DNA from: Salpingoeca rosetta
Lineage: Eukaryota; Protista; Choanoflagellata
Assembly (NCBI GenBank): GCA_033442325.1
Contig: JAWQFM010000035.1
Coordinates: forward strand, 342,597-406,596
Length of the DNA: 64,000 nucleotides
Reading direction: 5' to 3'
A program made the position numbers and the translations under genes. The notes under the pieces were generated by a model. It ran no database searches, was not told where the DNA came from, and was given only the letters and a program-made list of their open reading frames with translations. Positions 38,920 through 52,865 of this stretch are shown in pieces. Numbering within the stretch: the first letter of the stretch is position 1; the number at the start of each line of letters is the position of its first letter.

Positions 38920-38977
<58 letters not shown>

Positions 38978-41088
38978 ACAAACAAACAAACAAACAACCA
39001 ACAACAACAACAACAACACCGCCACATGATCAGCACGACGCCCTGAATTCAGGGAAGCAAAACGCACGGCTCTGTCGAGGAAGACTTCGTCGAGTGTGAA
39101 TGTGTCCGAGTTCTGGTGCGCCGTCGCCAGCTTGTCAAACCGCGTCGTCAGGTCAGGGCAACACTCAATCGCATCCTGCACACGCAACGTTGGTGTGAGG
39201 TTGTGCATGTGAGTAAATGTGTGTGAATGGGTGGACGTGGGCATGTAAGGGTCACTGTGGAACAACACATATGCACACACACACACACACACACACACAC
39301 CCACCTGGATTGCGGTGATCCAGCGATTTGCGTCTGCGACGGTTTTGCTTGTGATGGCCCACTGCTGGCCGGCGGTGTTGACGTAGAAGGTCACGCCGCG
39401 CGATGTCATGCGGCGCACTGCAGCAGCAATGGAATGATGGTGACATGAGGGGAGGTGATGGTGACATGAGGGGTGGTGATGGAAGAGGAACGGGAGGTGT
39501 GATGTCGTAGATCGACACTGGGATGACGCTGTGACGACAATGATGAGGATGAGAAAGGGTTCACACTGCGGCACAGTTCATTGACTGAACACCAGCACGT
39601 GTGCAGCATCTGCAACATGGTGCAGTGCGACCACTCACTGCCTGTTGGTGCGCCCGTCTGCTGGGGCGGGATGACAGTGCACAGGCAGTCCAGCGCAATC
39701 GCCCCGCACGGATCACGGTCCTCCTGCCAACAGTCGTCGTGATGGCGGTGGTGTTGATTGAGTGAGGTGGGTGGTAGGAGTGCGTGAGCAGCAGAAGGAA
39801 GGCAGCCCCAACAGCCAATGGCTGTGGTGGTGATTGTTGCGATGGTTGCGCGCGAGCGTGAGGAGTCATTGACACAATGGGTCACGTTAATGTACCAGCA
39901 CGTGGGGCGTCACGCACCTTCTCCTTGAACATGACGACGGAGGATTTGCGGAGTTCACAGAAACGCTTCTTCTTGTTCACCGTCAGCCATCCCGACTCTA
40001 TCACGCCAACAACGCACGCGTGAGCATTGGCGATGTCTCAACGAGCAAGGCATACAGGCTGGCACGCATTCAGAGGTACACGCAGCCACGCAGCCCCCAT
40101 AACACAACACAACACAACACAACACAACACAACACAACACAACACAACACACCACACCACACCACAACACAACACAACACAACACACACAACACAACACA
40201 ACACAACACAACACACAACACAACACAACACAACACAACACAACACAACACAACACAACACAACACACACACCTGAACCGCCGCTGCTGGGAGGGTTGAG
40301 CGCAAGCACCCAGCGCTTCAGCGTGGCCTTGTCCGGAGCCAAGAAGGTGAACGAGCCAGTGCCTGTACAAACCTGTTGCAGCGCGTGCAGTCCAACCACG
40401 AGCATCATCATCAACAGCAGCAGCAGCGTCAGCAGGGGTTCCGGCAATGAGCCGACGATGCGAGAGCAAGGGTGGCTGAAACAGCTGCGTTGTGGTAAGT
40501 ACAGCAAGTGTGAGCAGCACAGGCAAGCAGGGAATACGCACCACAAACTGCAGGCGATCATCGTCGTCGTCGTAGGTCGTGCCGGCCGAATGGATGTCCT
40601 TCAATGGGATGGCATGCTGCAGTACCAACGCAACAAGCAACATGGTGCACCAGTGCAGTGACGTTGGCACAGTGGCGTTGGCACCAAGCAAGGTTGAGGT
40701 CCCGCTCTGGCGGCATGACTGCAGACGTCCAACCAACCCAAGTTCACTACGACCAGCACACAACACAGACACAGCCACAGACACAGACACAGACACACAG
40801 ACAGACAGAGAGACAGAGAGACAGACAGACAGACAGACAGACACACACACACACTGCGCATACACACACACACACACTGCGCATACATACACACACAGCA
40901 GCACAATCACGCCTACGCACCAGGACGTCTGAGCCCTCGTCTGCCGTCTTGAGGACAACCAGGTTGCCTTCTTTTGTGATGGACACGTTGTGCTGCTTCT
41001 TTGTGCGGAACAAGCCATGTGTCATGCCCAGCACGGCTTCCATCGGCTGGCCGTACTTGTCCGCCAAGGTCATGCGTCGATCCGCCAT
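36879..41088 (-). CDS. PH-PH-MyTH4 protein homologous to the myosin-X tail, with no motor and no FERM domain; multi-exon
   Basis: PH segments: FTFLAPDKATLKRWVLAL; ESGWLTVNKKKRFCELR...GAIALDCLCTVIPP...ANRWITAIQ. MyTH4 segments: ILCYSDEPLEMPLTPLPYG...EALAIFQSM...LRNEIFCQSVKQIT...HWQLVAALCAHFRPASK. The protein ends VEEPDCEA*. Confidence 0.85.
40101..40265. repeat. (CACAA)n pentanucleotide microsatellite, intronic; the opposite-orientation tract is at about 46462-46545
   Basis: Direct inspection. Confidence 0.95.
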
Positions 41089-41541
41089 CCTTCCTGTTGC
41101 TACTGGCACCACTGACTGCCCTGCTGCGCGTGCGCTTGCCCTCAGGTCCTACACCACCGACCACTACACCACTGCTTCCACTCGGTGCCGTCACCGCTTG
41201 CCTCCGGCTGACTGCGTGCGTCCCAATGCACTCACGCTCTCGACTGCACTCACCACTCAACCAAGCACAGCACACTTGAACACTTCAAGCAAGGCAAGCA
41301 AGCTGTGCCAAGTTGTTGTTGTTTGTTTCTTTGTTGCCCGCTTTCGCTTGGTTTGGCAGCTGAGCGCGCACTCGAGACAAATCCATACAAAGTGCTGGTG
41401 GATAGAAGTGGCGCCTCAGCACATTTCGTGCGAAACATACATGAACAAAGTGCTGACTCATCAATTTGTTCGTTGTTGAGACAACAACAAGGCAAGAAGC
41501 ACAAAGCAAACAAGCAAGACGAAGATGAAGAGACACACAAT

Positions 41542-41579
<38 letters not shown>

Positions 41580-41626
41580 AACACACACACACACACACCC
41601 CGCACGCACACACGCATAAGAGCGCA

Positions 41627-42623
41627 TCAGACGTCTTGGCCTTCAATCTCTTCGCCAATCTCGTCGTCATCGCCGCCGCCAACAGCGGGGCCCTGGCCCT
41701 GGCCAAGCGGGATGTTCAGGGCGTTGTGCACGGCCTCAATCACACGCATGTTGACGTAGTAGGCAACGTTGACGTTGGGAATGCGCTTGCGAAGCTCCTG
41801 CATGTTGTCGTATGCCTCTGCATACTGCTCCCTGCTCGCAAGGTGCCTGCAGCGATGTTTGAGACGAAGATGGAGATGTGCGGGTGAGGTGGGGAAGACG
41901 GTGGATAGGTGCAAGCGTGCATGCGCTCACATATGTACACACACGAACACGCACAGGTACACACACACACGCACGCACGCACAGGTGCACACAACACAGA
42001 CGTGCACACACACATATATGTACACACACACGCGCCCGCAAAGAGGTGTAGCAAGTCGTACTCGATGATGACGCCGTAGATGTCGCCAATGCGGACGGCC
42101 TGATCAATGTCGGGCTCCTGCAGCAGCTGCTGCATCTGCGCGACCATCTCAGAAGGATCTTCCTCCGCAATCTGCTTCGCCGCGACAAACCTGACGCAAG
42201 GCAGCAGGGAGTTTGGGCATGCGTGAGCATGTGTGCGTATACGTGTATGTATGCATGTGTGTGTGTATGGCATTACCCCCACCATCACGCACACATGACA
42301 CAGCATCACGCACACATGTACACGTTGCACACCACCAACACCAACACCCGTCCTGTCCAACCCTTCACCACTTCTCACCTGCGCGTTGACTCAATGCGCT
42401 GTTGGAGGGACGCAACGCGCTGCTCCTGCAGGTCCAGATCCTTCATCTTGGCCCGGCTCATGCACCGCAGGGCCTCGTTCAACGCCCCAAGCGCCTAACA
42501 ACAATGGAAGTGGAGAGGGGGACAGTGGAGACAGTGGAGAGGGTCGTGACGGTGGAGATTGGGGCAGGGGATGAGGCGAGGGGATGTGTGATTGAAGGGA
42601 AAGTTGAAGAGGACAAAGTGAAG

Positions 42624-42678
<55 letters not shown>

Positions 42679-42996
42679 ACACAACCATACACACACACAC
42701 AACCACACACACACACACACACACACACACAACCAGTCGTGCGCGTACCTTTTCGTAGTTTTGGTAGTCGTCGATTTCGACGCCGGCGCATGCCTCGTAG
42801 AAGGACGCGAGCGAGTCCAGGGCGCGGCCTTTGGTGTAGAACGAGATGATGTGCTTCATAATCTCCTGCAGCGGCGAATGTATGTGAAGTTGAGAAGCGG
42901 GGAGGGGGGGGGGTGAGGTGGAGATGATGGTGGGGATGATGATATGCGGGTGAAGAAGACATTCGGAAGGTCACACGAACGCATGCACGCACGCAT

Positions 42997-43027
<31 letters not shown>

Positions 43028-43676
43028 CACACACGCACACACACACGCACACAACGCAGCACATTACACGCGGCCACAGCCAAGCGCCGTGCTCGCACCG
43101 GGTCGCGTCGCCAGTTGAGGCTCTGCAGGTAGTTGGCGGCGAGCACATACACCTCGCGCTGCCGGCACTTATTGGCAAAGAAGATGATCTTGTTCGTGTC
43201 GCCGCACTTGAGCAGCGCCTTCATGGCCTTCACGTGCTGCCCGGCCTGCGTGTACTTGCGCGTCGCGAGCTGATACGACCCCTGAGAATTGGTCGAGGTA
43301 TTGGGAAGGGCGGAAATGGAGACGTGTGAGGGAATGAAAGTCAGCACGGGATCAAGAGTGGGATGCGCAAGGGTAGAATCAGCGACAGCCACGCTCACAC
43401 ACACACACACACGTGGTACCAAATCACGTTCCCTCTTCCTTCCCTTTCCTTCCACCGCTGCACTCCATCACCCGGACCTGGTTGAAGCAGACGTCCGCGA
43501 TGCGGGTGAGGAGCGCGTTGCGGACCTTCTTGTCCACCTCTCCACGCGCATACGTCATCTTCTCCGCCCACTCGTCCTGTTGGATGGATGTGTGTGTGAG
43601 TGAGTTTGTGAGGGGGAAAGAAGAAGTGGGATGGAAAATGGAATGTGTGGCGTGGTGTGGGTGGGGATCAGCGATG

Positions 43677-43717
<41 letters not shown>

Positions 43718-46700
43718 AAACACACACACACAACCACGCAAACAGGACAGCCACAGTGGCCACAGTGCAAAGGCGTTTGTGCGACTGACGGTGAGGTGGA
43801 CGCCGTGGCGGGCGATGAGGTCGAGGGCGTCGTGGAATTGCCCCGCGACAACAAGCAGATTCACAGCCTTCTCATACTGCAGGACGGATGGATGGATGGG
43901 TTGATGGATGGATGTATGGGGAGCCGTGTTGCGATAGCAAGGAAGGATGTGTGAGCGTAATGGTACCAACCTCAAGCTCGACAATCAACAGCTCATCCAC
44001 ATTCACCGCGCGCGCACATGTGCACAACCCCCCCCCCGGCCATGCTGGTCACCTGGCCGTTGTTGGTGAAGAACGAGCTGGCCTTCTCCAGCAGCTCGGG
44101 ATCCGTGCCCTCAGAGAGGTGTTGCGTAATCTCAGAGAGCGCCTGGAAGAGGTTGTGCTGGAAACACATGTCCAGCGCCTTGGAGACGCGGCCGGCCTTG
44201 TGGTACAGCATGACGGCCTTGTCAAACGCGCCCTGCGACTCGTAGTACTCTGCAGCGGACATCATGTCCCCTTTGGTGGACTTGAGCGCCAGGCTCAGCA
44301 TTTGCTGCTTCAGCCCGTGCTCCTTGGCTGAGAAGCGGTGGTGGTGGTGGTGGCGGTGAGTGATGATGAAGTTGAGAGTGGCGGTGAGTGGCGGTGAGTG
44401 GTGATGAGTGGTGATGAGTGGGGATGAGGGACGCTGGTGAGTGGTGGAGTGGTGATTGAGGGGCACGTTGTCATGCGCATGTGGGGCGCAAGCGTCAGCG
44501 CGGAGAAGACAGCAAAGCAAGTGCACCTGCACACGAACGTACGCCAAAACACATTCAACCCTTCTCCCGGAAGTGCTCGTCTCACCAAGGCGGATGGCGT
44601 TGTTGTATGACGCGGCCTGGGAGTAGAGGGACACAGCCTCCTCAAACTCGCCCATGTCCTCAAGATACCTGCACTCGACGCAGACGAACAAGTAAGGTCA
44701 GCAGAGGTGGCTTGGCTCAACAACGCTGTGCACGTGAACGTGCTCATACACACACACGCACACACATCGCACAGGCAACTTTACACGCTCTCTCTGTTTT
44801 ATCTTCCAATTCCTCTCTTCTCATCCCTGTCTCCATATTCCGTTCTCTCCCACACAGCACGGGCGGCGCACTTTGCGAGGTGGTAGGCGGCGGCCTTGTT
44901 CTTGGACGTGGAGACAAGCTCACGTGCCTTGTCCACCTCCTCGCAGTAGCAGTACACGCGCACGAGCGACAGCGCGTCGTCTGCGGCCGCGTAGAACTTG
45001 CGCGCCTCGTCAAGCTCCTGCGTCGACTCCAGATACTGCGCCCACCACTGCACAGAGGGCAGGAGCGCAGAGGAGATGGTGAGCGAATGCGTGGATATGT
45101 GTGTGAGGGCATGTCAAACAATACAAGTCAGGGGCAACACACGAGCACACACGTGTCTGCACACGTCAACACACACACACACATACACATGCACACCAAC
45201 CTTGAGGAGCTGCTTGCTCTTGCTCTGCTTGACGTATGCCTCGAGGTTCTCCGGCTCGTTGAAGAGCAGCCGCGGCACCTCAAACGCGTGCGTCTCCGCC
45301 AGCTCATAGTGCTTGATGGCGTCGGCCGTCCTGCCCAGCGCTTCAAGGTGCTGCGCGTAGCGGTAGTACGTGTTGCGCATGTGCATGCGGTCGTGCTCAA
45401 GTGCAACGCGCACGGCGTCGTCCCACCTGCCCTGGTCCTGGTACAGGCGGTTGAGGAGGTCGTAGCGCCCGCAGTCCTTGTACAGCTGCTCGGCTTGCTC
45501 GTACATGCGCAGCTGCACGGCAAGCGCAGCAACCTTTGCCTCGGGCTGCAAGTCGCATGGTGGAGGAATGGTGAGACGTGTGCAAGCAGCGTAGCATGCA
45601 AAGAAACAGGACACACAGTAGCACAACACATAGAAGGTAGCCCAGCATACACATAAACAACCTGCCTTCCTTCCGCCCCAACGCAATCTCTTCACACCAC
45701 CACCGCCACCGCCACCACCACGCCTTCATGCCCACCTCGGCTTCCTTGTCTGCTTCGCGCAGGACGCGGGCGGCGGGGGCGTCGCCGAGTTTGCCCATGC
45801 ACACCGCAGCGACATCCAGCCGCTTGTTGGCAACGCACATGCGTGCCATGTTGGCCCACACGGAGGCGTTGTCGATGGCGCGGACAGACTTGAAGGCGGC
45901 ATCGAGGTTGCCGACCGTGAGCTGGTAGCTGAACTCAAGCATCGCCGCCTTGGTGTCTGTGCACAGGCAGGGAGAGGGGGGGGAGGCGCAATGGTGGTGG
46001 TGCAATGGTCGTGGATGGAATGAGGAACACATGCAAATGTGTTGCTGCGTTAGCCAACGCAAGAGTTTGCCGACACAAGCCGCGAACAAGAACAAGAACA
46101 AGAACGAGAACGAGAACGAGAACGAGAACGAGAACAATAGCAATAGCAATAGTTGCTGTCAACGCACCCTTGTCGGCGTTCTCGAGGCCTGCAAAGTCGC
46201 GCATGGGGACGGCGCGGGTGATGTGGCCCTCGTCAGACTTGCCGCGCAGGGCAAAGTACAGGTTAGGCACCTGCACGCCAAGCAGCGGGCCCACATCCAG
46301 CGGTGTCAGGGCGGTGGTCTGCTGGACCACCATTCCGTTATCAGGCGTCATGAAGATGGTCGTGGCCTCCGCGTGCGCACTGCCGTCGTCCGAGGACGGG
46401 AGATGAGTCTCGCACACCAGCAGCTGCAGGCGAAGCAGTGATGGGGGAGGGGAGGAAGGAAGTGTTGTGTTGTGTTGTGTTGTGTTGTGTTGTGTTGTGT
46501 TGTGTTGTGTTGTGTTGTGTTGTGTTGTGTTGTGTTGTGTTGTGTGTGTGTGGAAGGGGAGACAGGGAGGGAGGGAGAGAGGGAGACGAATGCAGAGTGA
46601 GTTCGTGTGTGTGTGTGTGTGTGTGTGTACGCAAGTGTGTGCGTCTGCGACATGTAACTTGCGTTGTGAAAACAGCGTACTTGAAATGCAACGCACAGAG

Positions 46701-47943
46701 CAGGTGCAACCCTCCATCCATGAATGTGCAACTCACGCGGCCGTCAGTGTTGTCCCACTGCTGGGAGACGGGGCAGCGGCCACCGACGCCAAACGCCTGG
46801 CTGATGATCGCGTCACTCTCCACAGCCCACACCCACACGCTCGTGTCGGGCTTCCCATCAACTGTTGCCGCATGAACGGGCAGTGGCGTGAGTGAGCATG
46901 TGTGTGCGTGTGTGTGCGTGTGTGTGTGTGTGTGTGAGATTGAGAGTTGAGAGTACGTGTGTCTGTGCATGTGTCTGTCTGTGTGTGTGTGTGTGTGCAT
47001 GGACGTTTACATATGTATGGCCAAAGCAAACAGCAATACAAGGTGCCAGCCACTGCAAAACAGAGCAAACCGTCATGCCCTCCACCCCCTTGGCATGATT
47101 CGCTGTGCCGACCTGTTGCGAGGAAGCTGACGTGTGTGCCCGTGCAATTGACGGCGACATCGCGCACGCCGTCCACGTCTTCCGTCACGTCGCGCGGGCC
47201 CTGCCGTGTCATGATTGGTGTTGCGGATGATGGTTGGTGTTGCGGATGATGATTGGTGTTGCGGATGATGGTTGGTGTTGCGGACGATGATTGGTGTTGG
47301 GTATTGGTGGCAATCCTTGGTTGACGTCAATACACTCGCACTCACTCACTCACTCGCTCTCACGCACACACTCTCGCTCTCATGCCATGAACTGACCGCG
47401 TGGGGCCTGGCTTCGCGGCGAGAGAGGTCCCAGACGCGCAGCACCCCATTGGCGGCGGCAGCAGCGAGGAAGTTGCTGGTGGGCAATGATGCAGCATAGG
47501 AGGTGATGTACACGAACAGCGGTGACACTCGTGAGATCACACCGTGCTGTCAACCAGATGCTCATGGACACACACACACACACGCACACGCACACACACA
47601 CACACACACATGCACACGCACATGCACACACGCACATGCACACACGCACATGCACACACACATGCACACGCACATGCACACACGCACACACATGCACACA
47701 CACACATGTACACACATGCACACATGTACACTTCCCCGCACGCACGCACACACACACACATGCAATGGCAACTTGCGTACTTGTTGCAGTGGAGGTGGGT
47801 GACCTGCTCGTCCTCGCCAAACACCAGCATCTGTTTGCTCGACCCCTGAACACCCGAATACGTAAAAAGATTGTGAGTGATGAAACGCAAAGAAAGGAGC
47901 GTGGAAGGCGGTCGCAAACTTTACGTGGCAATCTCACACGCGT

Positions 47944-48021
<78 letters not shown>

Positions 48022-48254
48022 CGATTGCAGCATCAAGAACAATGCATGTGCACTGGGGCAAGACCTGGTGTGTGCGGGCGTGGATCTTGCTGCCCTCGGC
48101 AGTGAAAACAGTGCCTGCATGCAACGCGCACGCAACCGCCTCGCACGAGAATTGGCCTGAAATCAAAACGAAGGGGGGGGGGGGCAGAACCAACGCAGGG
48201 GTTGATATGAGGAACAGAAATGGTGCGGAGGCGAACACATGTGAGATTCGTTGT

Positions 48255-48331
<77 letters not shown>

Positions 48332-48368
48332 TCATCATCATCAACAACAACAACAACATTAACAACAG

Positions 48369-48403
<35 letters not shown>

Positions 48404-49348
48404 TCAACAACATAAACCACCACCACCTCCTCCTCATCCCATCATCGCACCTGCGTTGCGAATGACCTCGCCGTCCTTGACCAGCTCAAACACGGCGACC
48501 TGTTTGCCGGACCACACGCACACGCACTCGCCGTCCGTGCTCAGGCCCTTGATGGCAAAGTCTGCGTCCACATCGTGACAGATGGTGTTGTGCACCTCAA
48601 CCACAAACCGCGTCGACGACACCTGGCACCGTTGCAGTGGTGATGGTGGTGGTGGTGGTGAGGGACATGGTGGTGGTGGTGGTGAGATTGTGATGACAAC
48701 GCACTCCAAGCACACACACAAGTGTACACACACACACAAGTGTACTCACAAGTGCACACACACACACACACAAGTGCGCGCGCGCACACACACACACACA
48801 CGAGCGTACAGGGTACGCGTGCTTGATGGCGCACCTGGACGACGGCTGTGTTGTTGCAAAAGTGTTTGCGCATGATGTGCTCGCGCAGGATGGAGACGGT
48901 GTCAGACGCATTCTGGAAACGATTGAAGAGGAAAACAGCAGCACGCGGTGGTGTCGACAGCACATGGAATTGACGTGAGATGTGCATAAAGAAGGCGCGT
49001 GTCATGAGCATATTTCATGCAGACGCAACACACCGCATCAAAGAACCACACCCAACACAGCACAACGCAGCCAACGCCAACACCACCACCACCACGATCA
49101 TACGCACCACGATCACCATACCATCACCATTGACCCTCCTCCTCTCGCATCTCGCATCCCCCCTCCCACCGCGTCGGCTTACCCTGACGAGGAGGAGGCC
49201 ATCAGGACCCCACTGCGCACCAACAAGACTGCCGCGCAGCTCAATGGGTGGGAGGAACGACCAGGAATCCCGGTCCGTAAACGCCTCGCCCTTGAACTTC
49301 CACATGAACACCATCCCGTTGCGCGACGTCCCCGCAATGATGCGGCTG

Positions 49349-49425
<77 letters not shown>

Positions 49426-50421
49426 GCGGTGATGTGAGATGACAGAAGGAGCAAATATCACATCCACAGCCATATCCACATCAGCAATCGCCAATCAGCA
49501 AACATCAGCAAACATCAGCCACGACCGCACTTTGCCGGGTTGTATGCGACGGTCTGGATGATGTCGCTTGGGGTGAATTCACCGCGCTCGTGTGCAATGG
49601 ACAGCGAATATGAGTCACCCTCCTCGCTGCACCACACCCTGCACACACACGCAACACCGCACATTGGGGCAAGGGAGGTCGAGTGGCAAGTGATGTGGAA
49701 GGGCGGTGTTGGTTGAAGCGAGCGATGTGATTGTGGTGGTGGTGAGTTGTTTGAACCAGATGGAGTTATCGGAAAAGAACAGCAGGTTAGAGAATCCACC
49801 GGGTTGCACACACGCACACACACGCACGCACGCACGCACGCACACAGACACACACGCACCTGATTTGGTTCTCCGAGGTGGCGGCGATGAGGATCCCTGG
49901 TCCGGCAAACCCAAGGGATGAAAACGCTTTTCCGGACATTTTGAACTCGTACTTGTCCTTGACAGCGCCATCTGGGGCCACGTGGTGGTGCACCACCATC
50001 ATGTCTTGCGTGGCAACGACCAGCGACGCTGCATTGGTGGTGGCGGTGGTGGTGGTGATGCATGAGCGCAATGTATTTGAGCAGCTGCCAGCATGTGTTG
50101 CTCAGATACACAACAAACAACCGAACGAAACGAAGCACTCACCTTCAAGGAAACACACACACACACACATCTCCAAACAAATCCCAACACAGACAACCAA
50201 CTGCGCAACCAACCAAACGAAGCAAGCACATGTGCACACCTGACTCCGGGTCGAACACGAGGTCGACAATCTTGTCTGTGACGGGAAAGGACGGGGTGCA
50301 TGCGCCGGTTGCGTCAGCCAGCATGACGCCCTTGTCAAATGTGCCCAGGAACACCATCGACGTGTCCTCGCTGCCAGCCGTCACAGCAACGCCTGGCGCG
50401 CACACGTGATTACAAAACAAG

Positions 50422-50498
<77 letters not shown>

Positions 50499-50599
50499 AC
50501 GAAGCGCCGTAAAAGGGAGTGTTTGCGGATGCACACGTGGCATGATTTTGCTCCAGCTGAGAACCGTGAGCTCGAAAAACACGCAGCGGATCGCCCACT

Positions 50600-50633
<34 letters not shown>

Positions 50634-51879
50634 TTCCACACAGACACACACAGACACACACAGACACACACACATACACACATTTCCACGTGCGTGCGTA
50701 CAGTGTGTGAAGCCGGTGTCTGCCTTGTGTTCATATGTCAGAGAGGCCTTGCCCGTCTTGCTGATGCGCCACACGCACAGCTGGCCCTCCTGTATGCATG
50801 CCCAATGACCATCAATTTTTTTTGGGGGGGGGGTTAATGTGAACCACGAAACATGATCGTCAAGCACCAATGACTGCGATTTAAGCGATGCACAGCCACA
50901 AAGAAGCAAACACACACACACACATCAAGCATAAACACACAGGCAAAAACGCACAGCCGCTTCAACACACATACACGAACGCGCCCACACGCACACACAC
51001 ACACACACATGCGTACACACTCACGTACGCATACACACACACAACTAACGTCATCGGCGGAGAAGAGGCGGCTGCCATCGTGAGACCAGGTGAGGCAGGT
51101 GATGTTGTCGTGCATGCGCTTGCACTCGTACGCCATGTGCGTCTCCTCGTTCCACATGATGAGCTCCCCGCTCGCCCACCTGCAACACATCATTATCATT
51201 CGACATAAGATCAGATTCGGTGGTGCGGGTTATTGTGTGAGCGCATACACTCGTACGTGTATGCGTGCGTGCGTGGAAACTCAATGGGCGCGAGAGGGAA
51301 AATGTTCACGACTACAAAACGACACCACGCACATGCACACGCACACGCACGCACTCACACACACACGCACACACACACACAATAACGCACATACCCTGTG
51401 GCGAGAAGCTTCAGGGTTGGATGCCAGGCGATGGTCGTGGGCTTGGCAGCGCGTTGCAAGGTGGACTCGGACAGGTGTTCGCCATCCTGTGTGTACAGGC
51501 TGACGGAGCCACTCGTCATCCCCTGTCGCCTCTGTGTGTTTGTGTTTGAGAATGCGTTGCGTTTATGAATGTGTTGTGTACGTGTGTGCGTGTGTGTTGT
51601 GTGTGTGTGTTGTGTGTGTGTGTTGTGTGTGTGTTGTGTGTGTGTGTTGTGTGATTGAGTGAGAGTGTGAAACAGTGAAGGAAGTGAAGGAAGCTATCAA
51701 GCCCTCGGAACGACCACAACAACAACGGCAGTGATGTCTCACAAATCACCCAAACCACAGAACACACAGCGTACTTCTTGGGCGGCAACAGCCAGGAGTG
51801 GGTGCTTGGTGTGCCAGGCGGCATTGATGGGCGTGTACGACTCGGGAGCCGATACGGGAAAGTCAAAGAACATCGCCAT
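41627..51879 (-). CDS. IFT140: Intraflagellar transport protein 140 (WD40 plus TPR); many exons
   Basis: MAMFFDF...[61 protein letters not shown]...[83 protein letters not shown]. Confidence 0.97.
48259..48412. repeat. (AAC)n trinucleotide microsatellite in an IFT140 intron
   Basis: Direct inspection. Confidence 0.95.
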
Positions 51880-52865
51880 GATGCTGCTTGACGATGCTCA
51901 CTGAAACAAAACAAGATAACAAACAAAACAATTTGCGTGACATGATGTGTGACCACACCGCAATTCGTGTCAAACAACAGCGCACATCAACAGCGCACAC
52001 CGAGAGGGTACTGCATAAACGTACAAACAAACACCAACACCACCACCAACACCAACACCAACACCACCACCAACACACCACCTCGCTCGTCACTCCTGAC
52101 CTCTTTCGTTGCTGTCGGTTTCGTTTGTGTATCCGTTGCTGGCCCAACACAGAAAAAAATAAATTCGATGGCTGCTACTCTTTATGCTGTCGCATTATAG
52201 GGACTACGTGGATGATTCTCAATGTCTTCATATGATTCCGCACTCCGTGCAGTATTGGGCAACAAACAAGCGAAGCGCACACAACACGCTGTGCGACTTT
52301 CTTTCCTCCATCTGTCATCTGTCAATCAGGCACCACACTCTCTCCTGTCTTGTGGTACCTGTCCTTCTTTCTTTCTGTCTTCTGTGTGCGTCTAACACAC
52401 TTTCCCTCGTCTCCCATCATCACCGGGCAGCACCAACACCTGCCTTGAGCTTTTGGATTTGTTCTGCTTCAACTGCGGTCGCAACCACAAGCGCTGGAAG
52501 CTGTGGTTGTCTTGGAAATCGATCGCACGCGCGCGCGTGGTAAGCAAAGCGTGCGTTGTTGTTTTGTTTTTTTTCGCGATATCACCTGCTCCAGCTGTTG
52601 TTTCTGGTGGGTGTTTTGCATCCAGAACAACAGCTGCTGTGATCGGAACTGATGCTGTGATTTTGGTGGCTCCAGCTGTGCGCGAGGCTTCAGCGCGCAT
52701 GTGTGTGTGGTGTGTGTTGCTGACGTCGTTAGCTTACCCGCTGGTGTACATTGTGTGCGTGGACAAAACGGAATCGACAACGTGACAGACTGACTGCCTC
52801 TGAAACGACGTCGATCAAGTACCTCAACCCACCACTCACAAGTGTAGTGCGGGGAAAGCAATGCC

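Noticed and set aside
47210-47300. Short minisatellite gatg(a/g)ttggtgttgcggat in an IFT140 intron
   Set aside because: An ordinary intronic tandem repeat.
52453-52510. CFNCGRNH, an apparent zinc-knuckle start upstream of Smaug (ZCCHC-like)
   Set aside because: The CCHC spacing is incomplete, there is no ATG or convincing splice link, and the downstream protein matches SAMD4.
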